A DNA stretch of 63,540 nucleotides, filler included, from Pelomyxa schiedti (Eukaryota; Protista; Evosea), in assembly GCA_020536535.1 (NCBI GenBank). It is 8 parts of 8 records of this genome, joined end to end, with 100 filler letters (N's around TTAATTAATTAA, not from the genome) between each part and the next. Parts side by side here need not be neighbours in the genome. Positions count along the whole stretch, not along the records: positions 1 to 28,265 come from JAHLWZ010001024.1; 7 more parts are not named here. One strand, given 5' to 3'. Within the stretch, counting starts at the first letter, position 1, and each line of letters begins with the position of its first letter. The notes under the pieces were generated by a model that saw nothing but the letters and a program-made list of their open reading frames with translations, did not search any database and was not told the origin of the DNA. Made by a program: the position numbers and the translations under genes. This document shows positions 14,601 through 24,849 of the stretch, in pieces.

Positions 14601-15905
14601 CAGGATGCCAGCACAAAGTAATTGAGTAAGGATTGTGTCCGGTTGCGGTTTTTTAGCAAGTATCTCGTCCAACACTTCACAGATGGTAAATGTAACTGTG
14701 GGATCCCACTCAGAGTACAAGTAGTGCTTCAAGCACGCAGTCATGGGCATAGTCACAAAAGAGGCCTGGACAGTGTTCATTGCCGGCAGAATACATTTCA
14801 CGGTTCGCAGGGCTTTCATAACCAACTGTGCCGGGGATTTTTTCTTCATAGTCAGCATCACTTGCTCCATGTCATCCAAGCCAACACCCGGGCCCTCGAG
14901 TTGAGAATACTTTGCAGCAATTACGGAGCACACGGCCGATTGGCACTTGCAGTCCCATAATGGCATTTTCTTGTAGGCCGGCATAACTTCCTCCATCAGA
15001 GCCACGGTGCAGTACTTGACCAGGACGGCGCAGATTTTGCACACGGCGCAGCACACGTACGTATACCCAACGTTGCTCGACAGGCCCTTCTGCACCGCGT
15101 CCGCGGCGAGGCCCGGCAGGTTCTGATTATGGGGCAGGGTCAGCATCCCCGGCGCCTCTCCCATAATCGCGGCGAGGATCTTGGCCGACTCGGCGGCGAT
15201 CGGCAGCGAGTCGGAGCCGTCGCGGCCCTTGGAGATCCACTCGAGCAGGCGCCCCCCGACGGCGTTGTACGCGTAGGCCGCGACGCGGGCGCCGGCCTCG
15301 GGGCCCTCGTCGCACCGGAGCTTGCGGCGGCGGCGCAGCAGGCGCACGAGGGCGCCCAGCGCGCGGAGGGACGGGGCGGGGTGCATGCCCTCGGCGGCGG
15401 AGCGCGCGACGGCGTCGAGCCACTGGGCCCACGGCGGCACGTCGGGCGCGCCGCGCTGCGTGTACGACGGGAGCCCCGCGGCGTTGACTATGTTGCTCAG
15501 CGTGCCTCGGATGTCGTTGCTCCAATCAGGCAGCGCGGCCGATGATGGGAAGGAGTAGGAGGAGGAGGTGTAGTAGGAGGAAGAAGCGGCCGAGGAGCGG
15601 TAGAAGGCTGACAACAACGACGAGGAGGAAGAGGACAAGGAAGTCCTTTTTGATGATGATGAGGATGACGATGGTGATGAAGAGGATGAGAAGGAGCGGG
15701 ACAGGGGGGCGGCGCGGGAGTAAGACGACGAGGAGGTGAACGAAGATACGATGTCTGATATGGAGGGAGGGGCGCCCAACGCGCGTCGCTTGGCCGGAGT
15801 CGGCGTGCCTCCCTCTACGTCGGTCCCCATAACGTCGTCTATCAAGTAAACGTCAGGAAAGGGGCAAAAAACAAAATGGGAGCAGGGTGTCAATATACCG
15901 TCCAT
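11613..15905 (-). CDS. Large ARM/HEAT-repeat protein with UBR-box-like zinc finger and C-terminal Cys cluster
   Basis: 1430-aa ORF with a probable small in-frame intron near the start; helical repeats; QEYRFCITC..YCPMC...HNLHEL....CHC; terminal CKHC..CRC..WC..CTCGC. Confidence 0.8.
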   Translation of the reverse strand: MDGILTPCSHFVFCPFPDVYLIDDVMGTDVEGGTPTPAKRRALGAPPSISDIVSSFTSSSSYSRAAPLSRSFSSSSSPSSSSSSSKRTSLSSSSSSLLSAFYRSSAASSSYYTSSSYSFPSSAALPDWSNDIRGTLSNIVNAAGLPSYTQRGAPDVPPWAQWLDAVARSAAEGMHPAPSLRALGALVRLLRRRRKLRCDEGPEAGARVAAYAYNAVGGRLLEWISKGRDGSDSLPIAAESAKILAAIMGEAPGMLTLPHNQNLPGLAADAVQKGLSSNVGYTYVCCAVCKICAVLVKYCTVALMEEVMPAYKKMPLWDCKCQSAVCSVIAAKYSQLEGPGVGLDDMEQVMLTMKKKSPAQLVMKALRTVKCILPAMNTVQASFVTMPMTACLKHYLYSEWDPTVTFTICEVLDEILAKKPQPDTILTQLLCAGILELTVLVLNYNSNECRMQVICCRLIALLVSKKMGHFSSINPAVQAVLAAINRNSDLELQSIAFSALEALVNHPQFRSYKVVLQSVLRATNNLTIIPPRTWNMIAKTSEKDLEVGDASQILDKLVEELQESSNTSAQFPDYVLQAASHVATLTTAIPGSIDNLSLILAAFFSVDSHACSASTVCAFIENLAPFCGSTIIEVGGLDQLCELFPKTVTDACKAVMALAQDQSTKDQVASKAKPILIGCLTSGVSNPVEVGHLWRALECLEPPLVDCTADIQIRPVLACMLSEDGKSILEPAYARLQYLACSELCSLVSVLPYVTQLFPLDRVNATAACVLEQVALSLTKPKLSWSPPIALFNVLLSYLMLAARTQIRDDDIAIHKTWAALLLLTTMEDGMTIALKSGILSVIVTVTHQLTSTTSPQALEKLIHTFNGLVNHTTDLEAIFSEYIVLVLRSFPLLKTGYFSPHQFWKGIVLYVTGQAGTEVLWENVFSAIKTRNSVPLCVLGLKTLHMIHRAEPPMMVHPCAPIITQLLSTGDSGPSSIRLHKWAFRCVIQVDQSWALRNTLELARQDFISHCFAALSHTTAKVSYAALKSLCYISSTPFGAESIKAKYDIPHIVAQRKWSTAKPLKLILRLFHNLVSDTTTATEVKLQLGLLPIRDVLPHFSSGQRVYFDVYSKLLQYDVESPMLFPDPSVGATKGGTLCNHRPNRLCDNCYYIQEYRFCITCDGPSSKTNYCPMCISASHNLHELSPPVFLMKPCHCAAMSGFSATLTLLTYNSDADPWLSSILEQQLVQSCGITEGACQVHIGHPVVGCVDAQPYSLLTMQLRNHTDDVRVVHALNYPATFLMLYCGLRFPRVGAGSPFHTLTPAALVHISSYLITGQLFKLVLFHGISVIRGPTWDTPGSDTPVDIISALSFSGSRRALSMKQSYTPSMYRDFEPTLPVCKHCWLEFALCRCPVVDNYWCRATGKIISQCTCGCKQQLEKVHSGLAL

Positions 15906-16064
15906 GTCGGTTGTATCACTTTGAATTGTTATTTAATGACTTGCTTTTTGTTTCCAATCACGAATTTAACAAAATTTGCGCCAAGTTGAAATCGGGCCAA
16001 CTGGTTGTCCTGGCTTGGTAAGAAACAAGATACACGTGGAATTTTTGGTGATAGTTCAGTGTTA

Positions 16065-16878
16065 TTACAGATCGCTTCTGACATAAACCGTGAGCTCAGT
16101 GGCTGCCCTTCCCTGCCACGTCTCACATGCCACTGCCCTCCACTTCCCACTGGCCTCGATGTACCTTGCCATCTTGCTTCCTTCCTCCAGCAGTCCCATC
16201 ATTGGGGATTCCGGGGACCCAACGGGCTTTTCTGCGACCGCGGCATCAGTCATTGGGGATCCCGGGCCGACACAGAGCGCCTGCAGGGGGTTCGACGGAG
16301 CCACGACGATGCAAGGGCCGCGGTAGGCCTCGATGTGCCTGAGCCACATGCACGACGGAACGGGCCAGAAGAACGCGAGGGCGTGGTCGCGGCTCACTGG
16401 CGGCGACGGAAGACCAAGGCTCCTGGTCTCAGGGTCCACGGCGCTCTCGAAGGTCATGTGGTGTCCGCTACCACTCGAAGCGGTGTCATTGGTGCAAGCC
16501 TGACATTTCTTTTTTTTTTTGGTGCTGTTAGTGCCACTTGTCATATGGCTGCGCGACTGGCTGTTCTCATTCATATTAACAGGAACATCAGGAACGAGCC
16601 TGAGCCTCTGCGATCAGGGCGGTTCTGTCGAGGTCGATGGCGCGGACGTCGAGCCACTCGCACAGCAGCCACTCGACGAGGCCGCCCCCGCACCCCACGC
16701 TTGTGACGCCGACGCAGCCCGACGACGCGACGGCGCGTGCCACGCGGGCGGCCGACTCGCGGTCGGGCGGCCACGCCATAGTCAGAACGCTGCGGGCGCC
16801 GGCGCCCAGACGCACAACCAGCGCCGCCTTGTCATTGTGGGAGTAGAACTGCTGCCTGCTTATTACCACCGCCCGCAT
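16065..16878 (-). CDS. Class I SAM-dependent methyltransferase-like protein (two exons)
   Basis: AWPP...VTSVGCGGGLVEWLL..DVRAID (motif I/II-like) and ALAFFWP. The two frames are joined by a candidate GC-AG intron at 16500-16599. Confidence 0.6.
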
Positions 16879-17097
16879 TCGCCCGACTACGAAATTCTCG
16901 GCGTTCGACAGCGGTTTTTTTTTCCTTGTTTTCTCACTTCGTCGAAAATCAAACAACCAAGAAACAACCAACCCACAAACTAGCCGAGTTTAAAGCCTGT
17001 TGCCGCCACTGCGTAGTGTTGAAGTTGTGGGATGTTTGGGGGAGGTAAGACGTTGGTTGGAGACGGTGAGAGGCACGGCAAACACCCAATCGCACTG

Positions 17098-20000
17098 ATG
17101 GGTGCGAGGCAGGGGTGCATTAAGGGCTCATCCCTCCCTGAGGGCGATGCCAAGAGGCACTCTATCATACAATCAATAAGGGCTGATCAGTGTGCCTATG
17201 CTTCGGTTTTTTTTTTTTTTTTGGCAGGTGTGGTGCAGCTTTTCCCACATAATTCTTTCTAGATTATGGTGACTGACTTAATGAGTCCTGAAGAGGTTAC
17301 GGATGCATTTGTTGGAAATAAGTGCCTGGAGGGATTGCGCATATTCCAAACAAGTAATTGCCCTTTTCGGGGGAATTAAACCAAGTTCCCACTATTTGTT
17401 TAGAAACCAACAAGATTGACCCCATAATTACATCGATATGCACCCAACTACGGGCTCACATTTCCTTGACGTATCTGTCACTATGTAAACATTCAAGTTA
17501 TCTGGCTTCTCTCATCAATACAGTGGTACACGAGCCTTTGGAGTGCTTGGACTCACTGGCAGATTTGTTGACCTCCAACACACCAATATCGTTTTTCCAA
17601 ATTGAAACAAAATTTCTATCTAGTAAGCAAACTTTAGTGATAGCTGCATTACTGAGCCCTTACTAGGGAGGTCAGAGTCCAGGCAAAATCCCCCCGCATT
17701 GTCTTCACTGGACCCAAGGAACTCGAACATCTTCAATGGTACTTGTTTCCTCCCTTGTTGAAGCTGAGATATCCAAAGTGAAACAAATTGATGCACTGAC
17801 GCCAAAACTTTTTACTGCTATGTGCAGCAATCCGAAATTGAAATTTTTTCAGCTATCTGGTTTTGCTTCGCGTTTTTTTTTTTGTAAGAATTAACTTTTT
17901 CCAGGGTTAACTATGAAACCTGAGCACTTTATCAGCGAAAATATCGCCACCTTGAATTTAAGCGGTAGGAACTCAGTCTATTTCATACTATTAACTTGTT
18001 TTTTCATCTTTTTTTTACCCAACGAAGGAAACAGAGTGAAGGAACACGCTTCTTTTTTACTTGACTTTAAATCCAATAAATCTCTCACCAAGTTGGATCT
18101 TAGCAGTTGCACATCCTCTCAAATTTTTTTTCTGACAAGTTTTAGATAATAAAATTGCGGAGTCAGGTTGCCTCCTTCTGGAAACTCTCCAGTCCCATCC
18201 TTTGTTGAGAAAGTTGGTTCTGAGTGGTGGGACAAACAACAATCAAAACAATAGTTAACTATGGGCACTACAGATAATAACATGTCAGACAGTGACAACG
18301 AGTGTTGGAGGTTTTTGGGGCAATCTCACATCTCAGAGCTAATTTTGCAAAGTAAAAATTGTATCTTCAAGTAACATTACGTATCAACGACAAATAGAAA
18401 ATCTATTTGAATGCAAGAGTAGTTCACTGGTATCAGGACTATCTGAAAACCATTTTTTAACAATGTTGGACTTATCGAGTAGGCACGTGCTTTCCTTACA
18501 CAGCATAATTTTCCTAGATAATAGAATTACGACTACTGAGCCACTAGCTGAGTGCCTGAGCAGGAATCGAGCCTTGACCTGGTTAAATTTAGCATGTGAG
18601 CTCCCTTAACCTCAACTTGGACTGATTTTTCCAAAGCCAATGTAATAGGAGATTCTGCCGTCCCGCTTTTTAGAGTTCTATCACAGAACCGTACCTTAAC
18701 TTATCTTAATCTAGGTTGTAAAAAGCTAAGTTTCAAATTCCTAATATGCTTGAAGGGGGTCTCATAATTGCGAGTCAGGAAGGCACAACATTGACGCGAT
18801 ACCTTTCACATAATCATACTCTTCTGTATTTGGACCTATCTTCTTGTAGCATGAAGTTGGGAGGTGATGACCTCAAGCTCTCTGTGGCTTGGTGGGGTGA
18901 CTTTGTCCGCTGGAATAACTCCCTTACATCCCTGGATCTTAACAGTAAGTAATCACCATTGTTAAATTGGTAAGTCATGACTCCATTCCACCAGGTTTAA
19001 GGTTTGATTTCATGCCTGTTATCAAAGGAATGATGCGCAATAGGGCAATCCACTTTCTCTCCATGCGAGGTGACTCCTTATTGACACTGCACTTGTGGTA
19101 ACCTGTCAAACAGAGTTAGACTGCGAGAATTTTGACAGCTGGATACCCCTGATCAACTCCACCTCGTCACTTTACACTCTTCAAACTTCATCCAGAGCAG
19201 ATATCCCAGTCAAATCACCATTGACCGGTCTAGCACCTTCTCCTTCACTGTGGAAATTGCAACTTGGAAAATTCGAAGAACTACCATCCATCAAGGACCG
19301 TGAAACAGATATAAGAACAAAATCAGAGGCCAGATTTCACTTATCGTTTACACACAATGAGGCTAAAATGGCTCGCAAGAAGCCATATCAAAGATCCGCG
19401 GAAGAATCTTGTCCTGGCGGAGATATCCTTGGGCGTCACCCACAATGGTGTCAGCGAGCTTTTGCTTCTGCTCTGTGGAACGGTGTTCACTCCGGAGCGG
19501 CTGAAACAAGAAACTTGATTCTGGTATCACTTCTGCACAGAGCACATTTCCAATCTGGTGTCATTATCAATAACTCAGATGAGTCATTGGATATGATCTT
19601 TCAGGCCGCTGCTTCTAGTGAGCGAATTGCTCAAAGTGGTGAAATGCAGATGGTTCAATCCACAACTGTTACCACTGCAGCACCACACTGGATGGTCAAG
19701 CTATTAATTGAAGAAAGGGCAACAGCCATATCCTATATAACAGCAGCCCAAGCCCGCTTTTTAGTCCATAAGTTTCTCTCCTTGAAGTCAATCAAATCAC
19801 GCTCTGACATACTGTGCTTGGTGCGGGAATGGGTAAGAGTTGAAAACTGGGATGCTGTGAATGAAGTATGCTTAGCTAGGGCTGTGAAGGGTAAGGACTT
19901 GGACCTATCTTATCTGGGACTATCATTGGTGAGGCCAGTTCTCGTATCCCTGGAGTGCTCCTCTATTGATTTGTCAAACAATCATATTGATGGCGTTCCT

Positions 20001-23000
20001 ACATCACTCTACAAGATAGAGCATGTCAACCTGAAGGACAATCCCCTAAGTGAGATTCCTATCCGGTTTAGAGAATTAGAGTGGGGTGACATGCGGAGAT
20101 TTCTGCGATACAGTGAAGATTCACTGGTCTGGGAGAACAGGAAGTTGCTTCTTGTGGGGGACGGAGCAGCCGGGAAAACTACTCTTGCAAGGTAAACATT
20201 GTTTATGTGAACCCTCTGAAATAACTTAGATGCTTGAAGAAGAAATCATCAACATCAATATCAAAGAATGTTGCCACAGATGGAATCTCTATCAACAAGT
20301 TTAAAATAGGATCATCTAAGTGGATTGTGTGGGATCTTGGTGGGCAAGGTATATTCTCTGTAGAAATGTAATTGGCAACAGCTCTTCTTGGAATTTAATA
20401 ACCTTCTCGTAGAAGTGCTCTATCCTAGCCACCAATTCTTCTTGTGCAGTAGTGCCATATTCTTGATTGTCTTTGATTTATCAGCTGTTCTACCACCAAA
20501 CCCGCCGTCACCAAAGCCAACAGTGCTTGCGAGCTTAACTAGCTCTGTTGGGCTGACTCCAGTGTGCAAAAAGATTGCATACTGGGTCAATCAAATACAA
20601 GCTTCAAGTCCCAAGGACCACAGTTCATCCCAACTTGTCCTTGTGGGAACCCATCTGGACAAGATCACTTCATTAGAGTCCGCTGTGCAACTATTCTCTT
20701 CTGTGCACCGCCAGCAGAAGTGTGCGTTCTCTGGGCTCTTCTGTGTGAGCTGTTCAAACGGAAATGTTGTGCAGTTATGCCAAGAACAAGGTACCTTCCG
20801 AGCCACAGTTCACCAGAACAATGGTTTCTCTCATTTTGCCAGTGAACTTGTGGGTATATCCTCATCCTCGGAAGTGGTGGTTCCGAGAAAATGGTCAAAG
20901 CTGAGCAAAGTATTATCCCGGCATAATGAAGAGGTTATCACCTGGAACAGATTCTGCGAGATTGCTTCATCTATCGGGATTGGTGTGAGTAGAGATCAGG
21001 AAGAGAACTTTGCGGAACATCGAATGTGTGCGGACTTCCTGGCAGGTTGTGTTGACCCTTCTCAAAACACCAAATTTTTCTCATTTGAGCATGTAGATTC
21101 TGGAATCCTGATACATTTCCTTTCTGCCAAAGATACTGATCTGTGCGGGCCAGCTCAAACAATCGACGAATTTGAGTTACTTGCGTCTTCTGTCAGCAAA
21201 AATACTGGATCAAGCCTTTCGTCCATTATCCACGTGAAAAAATCAAAAAAACTCATTCTAGGCAATGCATCTCTCTTTGAGCTTGTTGTGCTGAAGCCTC
21301 AGTGGCTCTCTGAGGTTATGAAGTCTGTAATAAGCATTTCTGGGAGGACTGGTTGGATCAAATCAGGCCACTTGGAGTACCGAAACCTGAGCCGTGCATT
21401 GGGGGAACATTTTCCTGATAATCTGCATGAAGCTTTATTGGACCTACTGAGACTGTTTGATGTAGTGTACCCGGTAAATAAGAATGAATTGCTGGTTAGT
21501 TGCATGCTCCCTGAGGAAGAGGATGTGGAGAGTGTTAGATACTTGGTACCAACAGCTCCCAGTGGCAGTTCAGACGCACAACCACTACAAATAGTTGGGA
21601 GGCTCATCTGTTTGGATTTTATTCCAATTGGATTCTTCTCAAGGCTCATGATAAGGGTCATAAGTGTTCCGGGTGTTACCCCACTGTACTTGTGGAAGAA
21701 TGGACTATGTGTGACCCAGACCACTGCTCTCCAGACTATGCGTATTGCTGTCATCTCTAACGAGCAAACTGCCAATCTTCTGGTATTGGAGACGCTGACA
21801 AGTTTAGAGGAGGAGTCCTCCCTTTTCAACAAACGGAAACAATCAGATGCTGAAGATCCATTTACCACTATAGTCATGCTAGTGGTGTCCTTTGTAAGAG
21901 GATACTATCCAAGCATGGAGTCCAATCTCACTCAAAAGGTTCTGTGTCCAGTATGCATGAGCCAGCTTCTGGGTCTTCCAATTCCCAACAGTGCTACTTT
22001 TAGTACTGGTACTCAGAAAATATTCAATCTTGGTGCCTTACAACACATTGGACAAGAGCACCTATACACTTTTGCTGTTGCAGAATGTGTGTCTGCGCTG
22101 AAAGTTGGAAGAGGGTCCCTGAGACACCGAGGTATTTCTGAAAACCAAATTATTACCTTAACACATTTCCCAGGAGCAACCCCGGAGGACCGAGAGCATA
22201 AAACAAGAGTGTTTAATGCTGCACCAGACATTGCAATGGTGAACCTCCCTCTTATCGACCCTGAGGAGATCACAATATTTCCCACTTTTTCTGCCTCCAG
22301 CAATAGTTCTCGTGAAGGAGTGGAAGCTTCCGCGATTTGCGGAGGCTTTGGTAAAGTAATGCGCGGGGAGTGGCATGGCAGCATGGTGGCAATTAAGGAG
22401 CCTCTATCCGGAACAGCAAGCTCCAAGGCTCTTGAGCACAGTGTAACAGAATTCTTGTATGAAGCAGGTTGACTACTACCATGTAACGAGCCAATTAAAT
22501 AACGGCAGTGCCCATTAACTAACCACTGATTAATAGGAATAATGAGCTCTGTTCCAGCCCACCCCAACCTTGTTACATTCCATGGCGTTAGCCTGACAAG
22601 CACAAACGTATGGCTGGTTATGGAATTTGTATTACCAGTTGTACCCCTCGCAATGAGGGACCTTCTGGGAATGGAATCCCTCTCCAAACCAGACTTGAAT
22701 GAGTTGGTTCGGGTCTGTGTGTCCTGGGCTGGAACCTTCGCTGATCCGCTAGGGGCATTCGACCGTGTCATTCCAACTAAACTCAGAGAGAGGATTCTAA
22801 TGGATGTAGCTCAGGGACTGAAGCACCTTCACACACAGCCGACACCCTTGATCCACAGTGACTTACATGCAGGTTTTCCCCAATGTTTCCCTCAAAGGAA
22901 CTAACTGAGGCCAAAAAAAATACAGGAAACATTTTCTTAAGCTCTTTGTCATTGGATGGTTGTGGTCCCTGGGCAAAGGTTCTCTTTTGGAAATTTATTC

Positions 23001-23851
23001 CCTCTCCTCATAGAGATTACCCAAATAGATTGCAGACTTTGGACTGTCTGAATATTTGTTCACCGGGGGTACAAAAAGAGCCCGCCACAATGTCGGTCCT
23101 TCTTCCCATTCTATTTCCTCATCTTTTCCCCATCTATTCACTTCGTTGAACCCCTTTTCGCCTCACATTTTTTCCCTAAAACAACCAGATATCAGTCTTC
23201 TCGCCTGAAGTTCTGCGGGGCGACGACCACAACACCAAGTCCGACGTGTGGAGCTTCGGCATGCTTTGCTCCACCCTCGTCAATCCATTCCACACACCCT
23301 ACGACCACTTGCTTGGCGACCCCGCCTATTGCAAGACCCGCGGCACCAGTACCACAACAACAACAACCACCACAACAGCACCTGCAACTGCACAAGCTCC
23401 TTCATCCAATGCAACCGATAATCCTAACAATCTTCAACAATCTTCACTTCTGCCCTCGTCGTCGTCATCCTCGACAGCCACAACAACACCAACACCGCAA
23501 TCAGCCCCCACACCTGAATCTGCATCTACAACAACAGATAGAGGCTCTTCAGCAACAACGACAACAACTAGGACGAATTCCAGCCTCACACTCGAAGAGA
23601 CGCTTGTGAGGGAGGGAATCACCACAGGCAAGGTGTCGCCGCAGCCGCCGCCGTCGGCCGCCAGCTTCGCGCCGTGGGCCCCTGCTGTGATGCTGATGTG
23701 CTGGCACCCGACACCCTCGGCCAGGTCCACCATATCTGGCGTGGTTCAGGTCATTATGGACCCATCTTCGGCGACTGCTGCTTCTGCTGCTGTTGGAAGT
23801 GAACAAAGAACCTCCCCACGCAGAAGAAAACCATCCAGAGATGATCCCTAA
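17098..23851 (+). CDS. ROCO protein kinase: RNI-like LRRs, LRR, ROC GTPase, COR, TKL kinase
   Basis: GDGAAGKTT, ATDGI, WDLGGQ, YPSHQFF, VGTHLD; COR motifs PQWL and PIGFFSRL; kinase motifs GGFGKV, VAIK, HPNLV, IHSDLHAGN, ADFG, SPE, SDVWSFG. Roughly 20 short introns. Confidence 0.93.
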
Positions 23852-23950
23852 CTCCAAAGCATCCCCCAATCCACAAACAACAGTATGACTTGTACAAACG
23901 ACTTGTAATCATTCCCATTCCTACCTAACACACCTACCATCACCTAAAAA

Positions 23951-24811
23951 ATGATGAGTTTCGGTGAAAGAAGAAAAAACCAACTCAATCAAAAGATGGA
24001 CGAACAGGTGCCGCGGGCCGTACGCGAGGACAAGGCCAAGGAGGCCTGGGACTCGCTAGAAGACTATCAAGCCTCTTTGGTGATGAAGAAGTCTGCCTCT
24101 GCCGCTGCAGCGCCGACAGACGACAGGGTGAAAAAAATGCGCAGGGTGTCCCAGAACATGTGGTCAAAATACGTACTGCCAAACGCGACCAAGTACGGCT
24201 TCGTGGCCCAGAAAAGGGCTTGGTCCCTCGATGCCCTCGTCGCTGCCACGTCGTCGCAACGGTCTTTATCACAACAACTACCGCAACAAGAACAAGAACA
24301 AGAACAGGAACAGGAACGGCAGCAGCAACCACAACAAAAAAGGAGCAGATTGGCCGCGGCTGCAACCACCAAAGTTGACCCTGACCAACTGAGAGATCTG
24401 TCTGAGGCTGTTCTGAGGGCCCGGCAGGCCCTTTTGCCCCTCGTCACACACGCTCTCAGCAACTGGTCTCAGAATGTAATTTCCACAGTTGATTCACCAA
24501 TTCCAACGGACTCAACACCCACCGCCACTCTACCACACCCACAATCACCATCACCAGCACAATCACAACCACAGCAACCGCCACAAGGAGTAAATGATGG
24601 GAAGGACCAAAAACCAATTAGCACTTGTGATTGCAATTGCACGGAACCTTTGGCATCACTACCCTGCGCGAATCTATCACCTCCAGACCCTAATCTTGTA
24701 GTACTTGCTTCCGATACTGCTGAGAGAAGAATTGATCTATGTGACACTCTAAATCAATTGCTCCACTCAACATTACCACCCACCAGCACCCCACTGAAAC
24801 AAACTTTGTAA
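23951..24811 (+). CDS. Hypothetical Q/P-rich protein (single exon)
   Basis: 286-aa ORF with A-rich ATG context that fills the space between neighbouring genes. Confidence 0.6.
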   Translation: MMSFGERRKNQLNQKMDEQVPRAVREDKAKEAWDSLEDYQASLVMKKSASAAAAPTDDRVKKMRRVSQNMWSKYVLPNATKYGFVAQKRAWSLDALVAATSSQRSLSQQLPQQEQEQEQEQERQQQPQQKRSRLAAAATTKVDPDQLRDLSEAVLRARQALLPLVTHALSNWSQNVISTVDSPIPTDSTPTATLPHPQSPSPAQSQPQQPPQGVNDGKDQKPISTCDCNCTEPLASLPCANLSPPDPNLVVLASDTAERRIDLCDTLNQLLHSTLPPTSTPLKQTL

Positions 24812-24849
24812 AAAAATTCAATCACTTCTTTCCAATCTTCTTCTATGTG

